Notes: a model not told the origin generated them from the letters alone. Positions 11,631 to 25,040 are shown, counted from the stretch's first letter. The stretch is 64,000 nt of DNA from Octopus vulgaris (GCA_951406725.2 OX597839.1:31558001-31622000), one strand, 5' to 3'. Program-made: numbers and translations.

Positions 11631-12699
11631 ATATATATATATATACAGACACACACACATATACACTTGCACGCAGTCACTGTATAGTAGTAGTAGTACA
11701 TAATAATGGTAATAATGATGATGACGATAATATTCTTACCATATCTAACTGCAGCACAGACCAGAGAAAGCATGGGTAACCACACTGCTAATGAATTTTA
11801 GAAAAGCTAGCAGAAACAATTAGAGGATAGGATGTCCACGAAAAAGCAAAATGCCAGATCATAGCAGGTAAGTAAGAGAGAAGTGTTGTTGGTTGGAAGT
11901 TGTTACTGTTAGAAGTACCAGGAGAGAGAGAGAAAGGGAGAGAGAAGGGCAAGGGATATGAAATGAAAAGCAGCAGGCAAGGTTGCTGGTGGCAGAGAAG
12001 ATAGCATGGTGTGGGTGGGGTGGATACAGAGATGGGGGTGTGGCAAAGTATTAATGATGAGAAAACATGGTGAGGAAGAGTGAATAAAAAGCAATGGAAA
12101 AGAACAAAGAAAAACAAATAAAATAAATTTTCAAACAATAACAAAAAAAACAAACAAAAGGAAAAAAAGGTGGTACAAAGTAGAAATGATATGAAATGCA
12201 AAAGGGGTGGATGATGAAAAGGAGATTAGGGCATTCTTTGAGTTGATCATGAAGCTTGAAATTCCACATGTAACCAAAAGAAAGAAGTGATGGGGGTCAC
12301 AGCCTGTTAGTCAAAACTGATCAGTTTGTGATGGTTGAAACAGAAAGAACCAGAAGCAGAAGCAGAAGGGGGGAGGTGGGTGTGAAGTCACATGTGGCAG
12401 GGCTGGTGAATATGATACATGTCTCTCTCTCTCTCCCCCTCTCCGCACGTGGCAGCTGGGGTGGAGGAAAACATTTGAGTTGTCCGACAATGTAATCAAG
12501 CTTTTTTGTAAACATCTCGACAAGATGTTAAATGGCGGTGCCCCAGCATGGCCACAGCTCGTGAGCTGAAACTAGATAAAATAAAATGAAAAAAAAGAGA
12601 TAAAGAGAACCTCAACACCACCGCCACCACCACCACTCTTAATAGTAATTAAATCTAAGGAAACGTTTGTACGTGTGTGCATCTATGTATGTGTGTGTG

Positions 12700-13225
12700 T
12701 GTGTGTACATGTGGGTGTACATTAGTATATGTGTCTATATATTCATATGTGTGTGTGTATGTTCATACTTGTGCATGTATATTCATATGCGTAGGTGTAT
12801 ATTCATATGTATGTGTATACATACATGTGTAGAAATATATGCTTGTGCATGTGTGTGTATAAGTGCATAGAATTATATGTGAGTATAATTGTGTGTGCAT
12901 ACATGCATGCATGTGTTTACATATTTGTATGTAGAAATACACCTGTGTATATATAGATGTGTGTGTGTGTGTGTGTGTGCATGTGTACATGTGGGTGTAC
13001 ATTAGTATATGTGTCTGTATATTCATATGTGTGCGTGTATGTTCATATGTGCATGTGTATGCACACATGTATGTGTAGAAATATATGTGTGTGCATGTGT
13101 GTGTATATGTAGATAGAATTATATGTGAATGTAGTTGTGTGTGCATACATGCATGTGTTTACATATTTGTATGTAGAACTACACCTGTGTATATATAGAT
13201 GTGTGTGTGTGTGTGCGTGTGCGTA
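12700..13225. repeat. Tandem duplication of a ~250-280 bp purine-pyrimidine-alternating unit
   Basis: gtacatgtgggtgtacattagtatatgtgtct..tagaattatatgtga..gtttacatatttgtatgtagaa..cacctgtgtatatatagatg occurs twice (from ~12705 and ~12985). Confidence 0.85.
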
Positions 13226-15339
13226 CTCTATGAATCTCTCATCAACTCAGGACCATCGGTGGAAAGCATTAACTGGAGGAGTGAGGTGAGATGTCAGATC
13301 ATTAACGAGGGAAACAAATTGGATTTTTGCCTCTAGTTTCACATCATTTGTTATTAACAACAACAACAACAACAACAACCTAAGCAGCCTTAACCACTGT
13401 CTCTCTTCTCTCGGCAGCTCACCAGTGAGACGATGATACAAGCCCTATTGGATTTCAAACTAAATAATTATATAGTAGTTGATCAGATGTTGTAGCAATG
13501 AATCAAATTACCTTCTATCTACCATTTATTCATAATAGCTTTATTAATTCTGAGAGGAAAAGCGTATTAAATTGAGCAAGAAAATTAAAATTGAACCACA
13601 AACTAAATGTTAACGATTCTATTTTTTTTCTTTTACTTCTGTAAAAAAGAAAAAAATAGATGTGAAATCTTTGCTAATTAAACAACACAAACACAAACTC
13701 CTGTTTTTATATTTTGGAGGTGAGATGTTCTCAGTGTTTCTTCTTGACAAATTGGTTGTAATCCCGAATGGCACCAACAAGTAAATTGAGAACATAACAT
13801 GTTTCTAAATAGGTTTCAGTCTTGAAATAATCTCATTTGGTGCTAAAATAATCTTTTATCTTGGCTCAATTTATTTGGCACTTTCTCTCTCTCTCTGTCA
13901 AATAAAACATATCAGATTGCACATACAAACACACTCTTGTTATTTGTGATTGTGTTTTAAAAAGTACTTTTCAGATGAAAGCAATTGATTGATTTTTATA
14001 GAACAACACGAAACAGATTTTCCAGTCTGTAAAAAAAAAAAAAATCTCAAAAAAATTCCTTGGAATATTTTTTTAGCAGCCTTATAGCTCAGATATTATT
14101 TTGCACAAATTTGAAATTTTTGATTTTTTCTTTCCTAAATGAACATCAAATAATATCAGGAAAAATAATTTTCTCTTATATAATAAATTTAAAAAAAAAA
14201 CAACTTCTAAACCAGATTTATATCACAAAATGTTGTCCATGTAAAATATATAAAAAAAAGGAAAACAGATTGAGATTTTCCTAATTTCCTTAATCCACCC
14301 CCTCAATCAACCAATAGTTTTATAGGATTTACATGACAAAAGATACAGACAAGATGAAAAGAGCTTGTTTTATGTATCTGTCCGACCTACATAGCATAGA
14401 ATTATGAATGGGTTTGCTGTTATCTACTTCAGAAAATCTGTAACTAATTGAAATAGGAAAAGTGCAGAGAATTTTAAACAGTCACTGTCAAATGTAGGAA
14501 ATGTTATTGCTCCAAAATAGTTTCAAATCTGAAAAATAAGAGCCTTAACTCATCAAAGAGAGACATTAAAAAAAGATAAGGGTTTCTACTATAAAAAAAT
14601 AATAGAGGTATTTCACAAAAATTAACTAAACATGTGTGTTATCAGACTTTATACAAAAACACTATCAGACCAGAAAAAGCTGGTAGCCTTTGGGTCATTT
14701 TCAACAATCAATTTTGTTAAATTAATTAGTTCTAAAGAAATGTGTAATTACATTTGAAATAAATTATGGAATTATATTTGTGGTTTTAATCATGTTCTAT
14801 TATCTTCAACAGTGTCATGCAAATGATAATTTTAAATTAAATTGAATTGAACTGGGAGGGGGGTCACTGGGAACAAGTCCATAGAGATTAGGTGACTGTG
14901 ACCCAGGGCCTACAACAGGATGGTCAGTAAGTACATTGATCTGTAGCCTAAGGAACCAATAAGGGACCAATGAATGCTTAATGGGTCCTTCCCCCAAAAC
15001 CCACACAGCTCCCTTGAGTTTTGAAAAGACCCCTATCATTGGAGTAGTTGTGTTCCACCTTCAACACTATTGAAGGAACCAACAAGTTAATAACCATACT
15101 AGAAGTCTTCCACTTATCTCCAAGTCTTTCAAAATTACTCAAGTGTTGACACAAACACCAACAAATGGTTGCAATTAGATTTGTTTTCTTAATAACAAAA
15201 CAAACGAAAAACATCATTTTCTTCTTTTCTTTCCTTTTGAAGAGATGTTTTTCAGTCTCCACGGTGACTAAAATAACATTATTTAAAAAAAAAAAAAAAA
15301 ACAGTGTATTTTCACTTATAATGTATTTCTTGAATAAAT

Positions 15340-15535
15340 TTGATTTCACATTTTGGCACAAGGCCAGCGAGTTTGTGGGAGAAGGTTAAGTTGATGACAT
15401 CGACGCCAGGGCTCAACTGGTACTTAATTTTATCAACCCTGAAAGGATGAAGGGCAAAGTCAACCTTGGCAGAACATCAACTTGTAAAGACGGGTGAAAT
15501 GCTGTCAAGCAAGCTGACAATTCTGCTACCTTCTT
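15340..15535 (-). mobile_element. SINE family B, old copy
   Basis: actggtacttaattttatcaaccctgaaaggatgaagggcaaagtcaaccttggcagaa. Confidence 0.75.
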
Positions 15536-15536
15536 T

Positions 15537-15756
15537 CTTTCTTTTATTTGTTTCAGTCATTTGACGATGGCCATGCTGGAGCACCGACTTTAGTCAAGCA
15601 AATCAACACCAGGACTTATTCTCTGTAAGCCTAGTACTTACTCTATTGAATCTCTTTTGGCAAAGCACTAAGTTACGGGGATGTAAACACACCAGCATTA
15701 GTTGGTATGTTTACATCCAATATATATATATATAAGCGATAATAAATCTCTGAGCG

Positions 15757-15799
<43 letters not shown>

Positions 15800-15952
15800 G
15801 ATGGGCTTCTTTCAGTTTCTGTTTACTAAATCTCCACTCACAAGGCTTTAGTTGGCCCAGGGCTATAGTAGAAGATGCTTGCCCAAGGTGCCACACAGTG
15901 GGACTGAACCCTGAACATGTGGTTGGTAAGCAAGCTACTTATGATACAGCCA
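15537..15952 (-). mobile_element. SINE family A
   Basis: tttcagtcatttgac..ggccatgctggagcacc..gcccaaggtgccacacagtgggactgaacc. Confidence 0.85.
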
Positions 15953-16170
15953 GTCTTTGATCATAGTTCTACTGGTTCAAATCAGATTAGGGCTAGACAA
16001 CAACAACAACAACAACAACAACACAATAAATTGTAAATGGTAGGAAGTCATCATCCCAAGAAGCTGACCACTCAACATAATTAGTACCAGTAATCATTTG
16101 AGGTCTTTAAATGAGATATTTCATTTCTAAGAACTATAAGTGATTTTAAGCCTTTCCATGGTTGTCTTAA

Positions 16171-16389
16171 CCCTTTAGTGTTCAGATTATTCTATCAAAC
16201 ATAATGCCTATTGATTGACATTGATTTGAATTGATCATGCATTATTTCATATCTTCAAGATCTTGATGGTGTAATTACCTAATGTAGAATAACATTGTAG
16301 GGTAGGTGTGAGAGCCTGGATCTGGTCAGTTTGAACTTAAAACAAATTAAATATTTTGGCTGGATATGGCCGGTTTGAATACTAAAGGG
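16171..16389. mobile_element. piggyBac-type MITE family P2
   Basis: TTAA|CCCTTTAGTGTTCAGA ... TTTGAATACTAAAGGG|TTAA. Confidence 0.85.
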
Positions 16390-16641
16390 TTAAAGGGTTT
16401 CGGTGTTTTAATAATGAGATGAAGTAAATATGGAGAGGACATTAACAGACAGAGCCAGTTAAATGTCTTCAAATTGACACTTTCAACAATTCACAACTGT
16501 CAGCCTCCACTAAATGACAATTAGAAACTGATATTGTTAATAACAGTTTCTTAATTGGCCAGATTTTTATAAAGAGGATAAGGAGACGGTCTGTAATTGT
16601 TTTGTTTTCTCTCTTTCTTTAGTTTCTTCTTTAAATTTCAC

Positions 16642-16807
16642 AGGCGCAGGAGTGGCTGTGTGGTAAGTAGCTTGCTAACCAACCACATGGTTCCGGGTTC
16701 AGTCCCACTGCGTGGCACCTTGGGCAAGTGTCTTCTACTATAGCCCCGGGCCGACCAATGCCTTGTGAGTGGATTTGGTAGACGGAAACTGAAAGAAGCC
16801 TGTCGTA

Positions 16808-16872
<65 letters not shown>

Positions 16873-17098
16873 TTGTGTGTCTGTGTTTGCCCCTCCCCCA
16901 CCCAATATCGCTTGACAACTGATGCTGGTGTGTTTACGTCCCCGTCACTTAGCGGTTCGGCAAAAGAGACCAATAGAATAAGTACTGGGCTTACAAAGAA
17001 TAAGTCCCAGGGTCGATTTGCTCGACTAAAGGAGGTGCTCCAGCACGGCCACAGTCAAATGACTGAAACAAGTAAAAGAGTAAAAAAGAGTAAAGAGT
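16642..17098 (+). mobile_element. SINE family A, young full-length copy
   Basis: aggcgcaggagtggctgtgtggtaagtagc..gggttcagtcccactgcgtggcaccttgggcaagtgtctt..(TA)n..gactgaaacaagtaaaagagtaaaaaagag. Confidence 0.93.
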
Positions 17099-17539
17099 AT
17101 CAGTGTTAGGGTAAACTGTGATTTAGCTTCAGCCAGGAATTGAAACCAGATCTGAATTTGACATCATGCTGACAGTTTGTTCAGCATGTGTGCATGTGTG
17201 TGTCTGCAACAGTAATTAAGGGTTCTTCACTAAATAATTTTAATCTGTTTTAAATAAAACAGATTAAAATTGTGTGTGTGCGTGTGTGTGTGTGTGCACA
17301 AGAGTTCATTCTCATCATTTTACGTCTGCTTTCAATCGTGGTGTAGATTAGATGGGTTGCCATGGCTGGAGTCAGCACACATTCAGGGATACTGCTCACT
17401 TATATGGGTTGTGGGGACCCCATCTCATTCATGTTTAAGTTTTAGGCTTGGGTGCTTTAATTATCAAATGGTTAAAGGTTCCGCTCAAGCCATAGGCTCA
17501 TAATGTTGGTTTGCTCGATTCTGTTGAGAAAAAAATATC

Positions 17540-17710
17540 CCCCCACCACCACCTGGATGGGACACTGATCCATTGCAGGATTACTCACTTTTGCTGGTTG
17601 AGGGGACCTGGAAACCAGATGAAGTGTTTTGCTTAAAAGCACAACACATTGCCCAGCCCAGGAATTGAAACCACAATCTTACAATCATGAGAGTAATGCA
17701 CCTCCATACA
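17540..17710 (-). mobile_element. Degenerate SINE related to family D
   Basis: gaagtgttttgcttaaaagcacaac..ggaattgaaaccacaatcttacaatcatgag parallels 44628-44700. Confidence 0.55.
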
Positions 17711-17742
17711 CACACATATGCCCCCCCCCATCTCTCTGTATG

Positions 17743-17791
<49 letters not shown>

Positions 17792-17814
17792 TTATTTTAA
17801 GCATAGAAATTCAA

Positions 17815-17856
17815 AAATCTGTTACTTGATTTCGTGCCGTTCATCAGACAGTATTT
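17815..17856 (-). ncRNA. Minimal type I hammerhead-ribozyme-like motif (Penelope-type)
   Basis: Minus strand aaatactgt-CTGATGA-acggcac-GAAA-tcaag-TA-acagattt. Both core boxes are present, the GUA triplet is followed by acagattt, and this pairs with upstream aaat(a)ctgt (stem I). Stems II and III are very weak. Confidence 0.45.
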
Positions 17857-18077
17857 GCTATATATATGTCTGATGATAAATAGATAATTAATAAGATATT
17901 ACTCTACATTGTATTTGAGTACTCTTTTTCCACCTTGTTTCACATATATATATCAGTCATATATATATATATATATGCATATATAATTAATAAGATAATT
18001 CATTCAACTACTCAAATATATATATGCATATATATATATATATATATGCATATATATATATATATATGCATATATAT

Positions 18078-18851
<774 letters not shown>

Positions 18852-19580
18852 TGTGAAAAGCACAGAGTGATGTGGTCCATCGTTGTCTGACTTTCCGTCG
18901 CTGAGTATTATTTCTCCAGGTGAGATTTGAAAGTAAGAATATTTATATAATTTCATGCATTAAGTGGCAACCATGCCTTTTAAAGTGGGTATTATGTTAC
19001 CCAGATTCCAGAGAGCCAACTCTGCCTCCATAAGCAGTAAGTTCTTCCCACCTAAGTAGAAGAGACACAAACAACAACAACATCAGCAACAGCAACAACA
19101 ACAAACAACACAGAACAAACAAATAAAACAGCCAAACAGGAGAAGTAATTACACCAACTCTACAGATGTTCAGAGGCTTTTCTAAGAGTCTAAGAGTCTT
19201 AACCCTTTTTCTGAGACGAACTGAAGAATTTCTGACTTGCTGTTTTGGTTATTGCTTTTGCTGCTACACCACCACCACTTCCACCACCACCACCATCGCC
19301 ACCACCACCGCCATCGCCGCCGCCTTCTCCATGCACCCCCACCCACTGTCCTCTTTTTTTTGTTTTTGTTTTTCTTTTTTAACACAGCGATTGCTACATC
19401 TGCTGGGAGGCAATGGAAAAGAAACTCTTAGTCAGCAGTTCACATCCTTGCTGTATCCCCTTCAGGTTCGTAAATACTAACCCCCACCACACCACTCCCG
19501 CCCCTGCCACCCCACCCGTCTCATTTCTGAGATGAAAAACAAACATTTACCTATCTTTCATGTGGCAGATAACTAGTCTG

Positions 19581-19714
19581 GGAGAGAGAGAGAGAGAGAG
19601 GGAGAGGGAGAGGGGGTGAGAGAGAGAGAGGGAGAGGAAGAGAAAGAGAGAGAGAGGGAGGGAGAGGGAGAGAGAGATGTAGGAAAAGAAAGGAGAAAAA
19701 CACTGGGTGGAAAG

Positions 19715-19764
<50 letters not shown>

Positions 19765-19880
19765 GGAGGGAGAGGAAGAGAAAGAGAGGGAGAGTGAGAG
19801 ATGTAGGAAAAGAAAGAAGGAGAAAAACACTGGGTGGAGAGCAAGAGAGAGAGAGAGGGGGAGATGTGGAGAGGAGAAAG
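19581..19880. repeat. GA-rich tract with a duplicated ~125 bp unit
   Basis: gagatgtaggaaaagaaa..ggagaaaaacactgggtgga.agcaagagagag occurs at ~19674 and ~19797. Confidence 0.85.
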
Positions 19881-20183
19881 GAGCCAAAATAAAATTTCAA
19901 CATCCTCATCATAATTTGAGTTATGATTCTAAAGTCTCTTAAGGCATGAAGATCTCCAAATCACATTAACTTTTATCCTCCTAACATTGTAATCGGTTGT
20001 AATACTTTACGTCAGAAAGAAAGTCTTTCGATGGAGAAGTCTTTAAATGTATTCCATGTAAATATGTGTGTGTGTGTGTGCATATATGCACATTGCATAT
20101 CTGAGTGTGCATGTGTGTGTGTATACTTGAGTATGTGTGTATTTGAGTATGTATGTGTTTGCATGCACATCTGAATGTCTATG

Positions 20184-20444
<261 letters not shown>

Positions 20445-20461
20445 TGTGTTTGGAGGTTTCC

Positions 20462-20501
<40 letters not shown>

Positions 20502-20661
20502 AATTAATCTTGAGGACTTTATTTTTTTTTCTTTTGTTATTGTTTTTCCTTCTTTACCAAATCGTCAGTCAGAGTTCAAACCCCAGCCACATCTACTTCC
20601 CTTCTCAACTCCAACAACATTTAACAACTTCGTCACCTTCTCCATCCACATCTTCATATCG

Positions 20662-20850
20662 TCTTTTACTTGTTTCAGTCATTAGACTGTGGCCATGCTG
20701 GGGCACCACCTTGTAGGATTGTATAAGCATTCGAATCAACTTCTTTACTTTTTAAGTTTGGTACTTATTCCATCAGTTCCTTTTTATCAAACCACTATGG
20801 CACAGGGATGTAAACAAACCAACACCGATTATCAAGTGGTGGTGGAGGGA

Positions 20851-20897
<47 letters not shown>

Positions 20898-20985
20898 ACA
20901 CACACACACACACATATGATGTAAGCTTTGGTTAAGGTGAACCTGGAACCACGTGGTTGGGAAACAAACTTCTTACTACACAGCC
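20662..20985 (-). mobile_element. SINE family A, internally deleted copy
   Basis: ttttacttgtttcagtcattagactgtggccatgctgggg..gaacctggaaccacgtggttggg. Confidence 0.8.
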
Positions 20986-21369
20986 AGGTCAGGGCTGGGA
21001 ATTTTTTGTTTTTATTTTAACAAAGAGATCAATAAAATACCTGGAATTCATAGGTGTGTGTGTGTGTGTGCATGTTGTGTGGTATTACCTAATCCTTAAT
21101 GAGATGCTGAATCACATGTGAAAATTTGTATGTAATGTGTCCCAGGGGCAAATCAGCCAGAGGGAGAGCCCATCCCCCTGCAAAAATATTGAAACATGGT
21201 TGGAAATGGCAATAGGGATAATTGGTGAAGGGAGAGGGACTTGACGAAGAACTGCATCAGCAATGCAGACTAAAACTTGTAGGAAAGCTGGCCTCTCCCA
21301 GTGGTACCTGGTCATACCGTTAAGTAGATTATTGGGACTTTGGTCACCACAACTAGACTTGAGATGAAT

Positions 21370-21615
21370 ACTGGAGTGGTTTCCCATTGCCTTCTGCAGG
21401 CAGGTGAGATTTGAACTCAGAATGTAGTGAGCTGGAAGATATACTGTAAAGCACTTCTGCTGATGTGTCAATGATTCTGCCACTCCCCACCTGCACAGCA
21501 ACATGAAATGAAGTGTTTTGCTCAAGAACACAATGCATTGCCTGGTCTGAGAATTGAACCCATGATCTAGTGATTGTGAGGGCATCATCTTAACCACTAG
21601 GCCAAATGCATTCAC
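21370..21615 (-). mobile_element. Cluster of degenerate fragments: RTE-like tail, SINE B head, SINE D head
   Basis: gtggtttcccattgccttctg; atttgaactcagaatgtag; gaagtgttttgctcaagaacacaa..taaccactaggcc. Confidence 0.55.
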
Positions 21616-22712
21616 AGTTTTCATATATTAAAGTCCCATGTCATTTTGTTCCAGTGGGAGCGTCACAGACAAGACCTTGGACGAAAATGAATCTGGTAAT
21701 AAAGTGAAATTGACAATCTTTGTTCCGTTATCACATTTTACAAGCTGGTACTTGAACGGAGATTGTTGATTGGTTACTACCACAGTCGTAATTATTAACT
21801 GAGCAAACTGATTAATTGACTGATTGATAAACAGATGAAGTAAATGAAAGAGTAATTAAGTGAGAGAGAGATGCAGAGTTCACCTTACAAACTGATCTTG
21901 CATTCACACATGAGTATCTCTATTTCTCTGTCTCTCTCCACCAATCATTGAATTACTCCTGTTTTCTACTATCAGCTCTGGTCTAGAACCCCGGATGTAA
22001 ATCTGTGTCACTCTCTTCATTCTACTCTTTCACACACTCCATGTTTACAAAATTCATTTCATACTCAAACAAACCGGGCATCATTTTCTATGGGTGCCAC
22101 ATTAGAGAGATTCATTAAAACAAAACTTTATTGTATTTTCATGATGCACACAGCTTGACACATTAATTAGAAAACGTGGTTTTTAAAAATTACATCCAGT
22201 CGTTCACAAGTCATTACATTTCCAAATACGCTGCAATTGCTACTAAAACAAATAGATAAATACTTAGTTGATACATTTACGACATTAACTCCGGCTAAAT
22301 CAATGTAATGCATAGTGAACTATAAATGATTCATAATGGACAATCTCACTCACTTGCACTTAATGAAAGTTGTATTTCTATAATGACGAGAATAACGATG
22401 ATGGTAATAAAAGATTTATAGAGTATGTATAATGTCAATCAAAGAATGGTGCCATTACATTGGTTAGCAGATACAAACAAATGAAAACCTATTGTATTAG
22501 CTCTGGAAAAAATATCCTAAACACAAAATCTTCAGTGTTGTTTTAGTATCTAATAATCCCAAAATTTCCTAAAGGTCATTGGGTGTTACTCCACATTTTT
22601 AGAACTAAAATATTCCATGCAGTTTTTTTTTTCTACAACTATTTCTAGGACTTAATTACAAGACAGTTCTTACTTGAAACCGAAGCAGTTTCTGGTCAAT
22701 GATTGGGTTTAA

Positions 22713-23145
22713 CCCTTTAGCATTCAGATTATTCTGTCAAATGTAAGGCTTACAAAGGGGTGCTGAAAAGTTTCTGGCTTTAAGTGTATTGCAAAAGGCC
22801 TGGTTGGAGGCTCCCAACCTTTCAAGTTCATTTACAAATGAAGGATTGTTGTAATAAGTGTGTGAACCTGAGAGAGGGACATGTTGAATAAAATCATAAT
22901 TAACTGATCCTCCTGTATTTTCTTTTACCCAAAGCCAAAAACTTTCTATTCCCCCCCCCCCCAAATATAATCAAATTGCTTTGTATTAATCAGGCATTAC
23001 CTTGTCGTTTTGAAACTTTGATAATGTGATTGTTTATGTTTAGAAAGACATTGCAGGGTAGGTGTGAGAAGCTGGATCCCACCAATTTGAATATAAAACA
23101 GCTAGAATATTTGGGCCTTATATGGCTGGTTTAAATGCTAAAAGG
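22713..23145. mobile_element. piggyBac-type MITE family P2, interrupted by a mariner-type MITE
   Basis: TTAA|CCCTTTAGCATTCAGATTATTCT ... AATGCTAAAAGG|TCAA; homologous to 16171-16389 once 22753-22965 is removed. Confidence 0.8.
22753..22965. mobile_element. Tc1/mariner-type MITE (nested)
   Basis: TA|CAAAGGGGTGCTGAAAAGTTTCTGGCTTT ... AAAGCCAAAAACTTTCTATTCCCCC..|TA, imperfect TIRs. Confidence 0.7.
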
Positions 23146-23564
23146 TCAAACTTTTCTATTGCCATATTTCTAAAGAAATACAAAGTTTGCAATTCTCAAA
23201 ATAATTACGAATATGGAAGAATTTATTAAAATAACTTTTTTTTTAATTAATCATAACGCTAATATGTTTGAAACATAACAAACAGCCTCTTAAGATTAAA
23301 AACGTAAATTTCACTCTAAACACTTCAAAACTGAGTTTTTGTATGAGAGAACAAGCTGTAGGGAACAAGGTGGGAGCAAAAGAGTTAAAGGGTTTTGTTT
23401 TATTAAACAGAATGCAATTTCAAATTTGTGTGGATTCCCTTGATAGATGTTGATATATCATAAGTCATAAACAAAATCTAAAGAAAAAAAATATGCCCAA
23501 GTGAAAAAAACAAACTAGATTGCTTAGAGAGGAAAGAAGAATAATTCAGTTGCTCACCAGTCAT

Positions 23565-23960
23565 CATCATCATCGTCTTAATGTCTACTTCTCCATACTT
23601 GTATGGAAAAGTAGGTATGCTCTTCCTGTCACCCACCTTCACTTTCTTCCAAGCAAGATAATACTTTCCCCTAACCTGTCAGGCTCACAAAGATTGAAAA
23701 CAAACAACAGCGCTTGGTTGAGAGTAATGCTTGTCTCCATCTAGTGCATGGTATCAAGACAAGGAGTGACACACACACACACACACACACCAGACAACTT
23801 CCTTCCAGTTTCTGTTGAACTAATTCCTTCACAAGACTTAGGTTGACCTGAAGCTATAGTAAAAGATACTTGCTCCTCAAGGCACCATGTACTGGGATTG
23901 AACTTGGAACCATGTGGTTATGAAGTAAACTTCTAAACCATACAGCTATGTCTTCATCTA
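23565..23960 (-). mobile_element. Degenerate RTE-related short element plus SINE family A head
   Basis: catcatcatcgtcttaatgtctacttctccat tail; gggattgaacttggaaccatgtggtt head. Confidence 0.55.
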
Positions 23961-25040
23961 TTGACTACCCTGTCAGTAAATCACTGGTTCTTTTGTTAAG
24001 GAAAGACAGAATACAAGATTGATGCTGGCAGAATCTGAACTGGAATATAAGGTACTGAAAGTCACAGAATCAATCAAGTTGGATTCTCTGTTTTCTCTGA
24101 CAGAACAACTTTGTTAACAATTCTAACAAATATTGTTTTATTAATTATTATTCATTCTTTTTTTTAATCGTAAATTATATTCGTGTGGATTTGTTTGGTG
24201 GTTCTTAGATTCCCCTTTTGCCATTTAAAAAAAAATAAAAAAAATTTAGTCTTAGTTTCTGGTTATCAGTGAAATATTTACTCGCTTAAAGTTGATTAAT
24301 TTGCTGAAGGAAAAAAACACGCTCCCTTGTCTGTATAAAAAGACACACTCTTTAAACATGAATACACACATATACATATATACACTTTAGAAAAAAAAAG
24401 GAAAATGAAAAAATATGTTCTTGCTATTTTTCAGTCTTCATAACTTGTGAAGAAAGAAGAAGGAAAAACAGATGTAAAAAAATGGTTGTTGACTAGAATA
24501 ATGTTTCAGACAAAACCAAACTTGAAAGATATATTTTTGTGAAAGCTGAAGTAATTCCTTTTGCTATGTTAAAGAATTATTTGTTTACCATCATACTGAA
24601 ACATGACAACTATTTGTTCTGCAGTGTGAAGAGAAGACTAGTAAGTTCGTATTGACTCGGTTTGAGATGTTAAAATTTGCATAACCTTCAAACCCATATC
24701 GACTTTTTCTGTCTCCTAACCTATAATACTGTCAGTAATATAGTAATGAGGAGTTTACAGAAAGCATCTTGAACAAATCACTTCGATGGAGCTCATCTGT
24801 TTTCAAACTACAATTATCAGAGCATTTAAACTCATCATTTCATGACAAAAAAACACTCATCAATTATACAATACTCCTGCTGCTGACAGCATTAAGTTCA
24901 ATCTAATATTTGAAAGTGATTTCCAGCCAAATAAAGTTCAGTGACTTAACACAGTCCCAGTGATGTGAGGGAAACCTAATTTTCAGTGAATCCATCTATA
25001 TACAGTGAATCTGGTCAGATGACCAGCCCCACACCTTAAC

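Noticed and set aside
19237-19431. Signal-peptide-like hydrophobic start followed by poly-His/Arg
   Set aside because: Produced by (CAC/CGC)n and poly-T low-complexity sequence; non-ATG start and no splice support.
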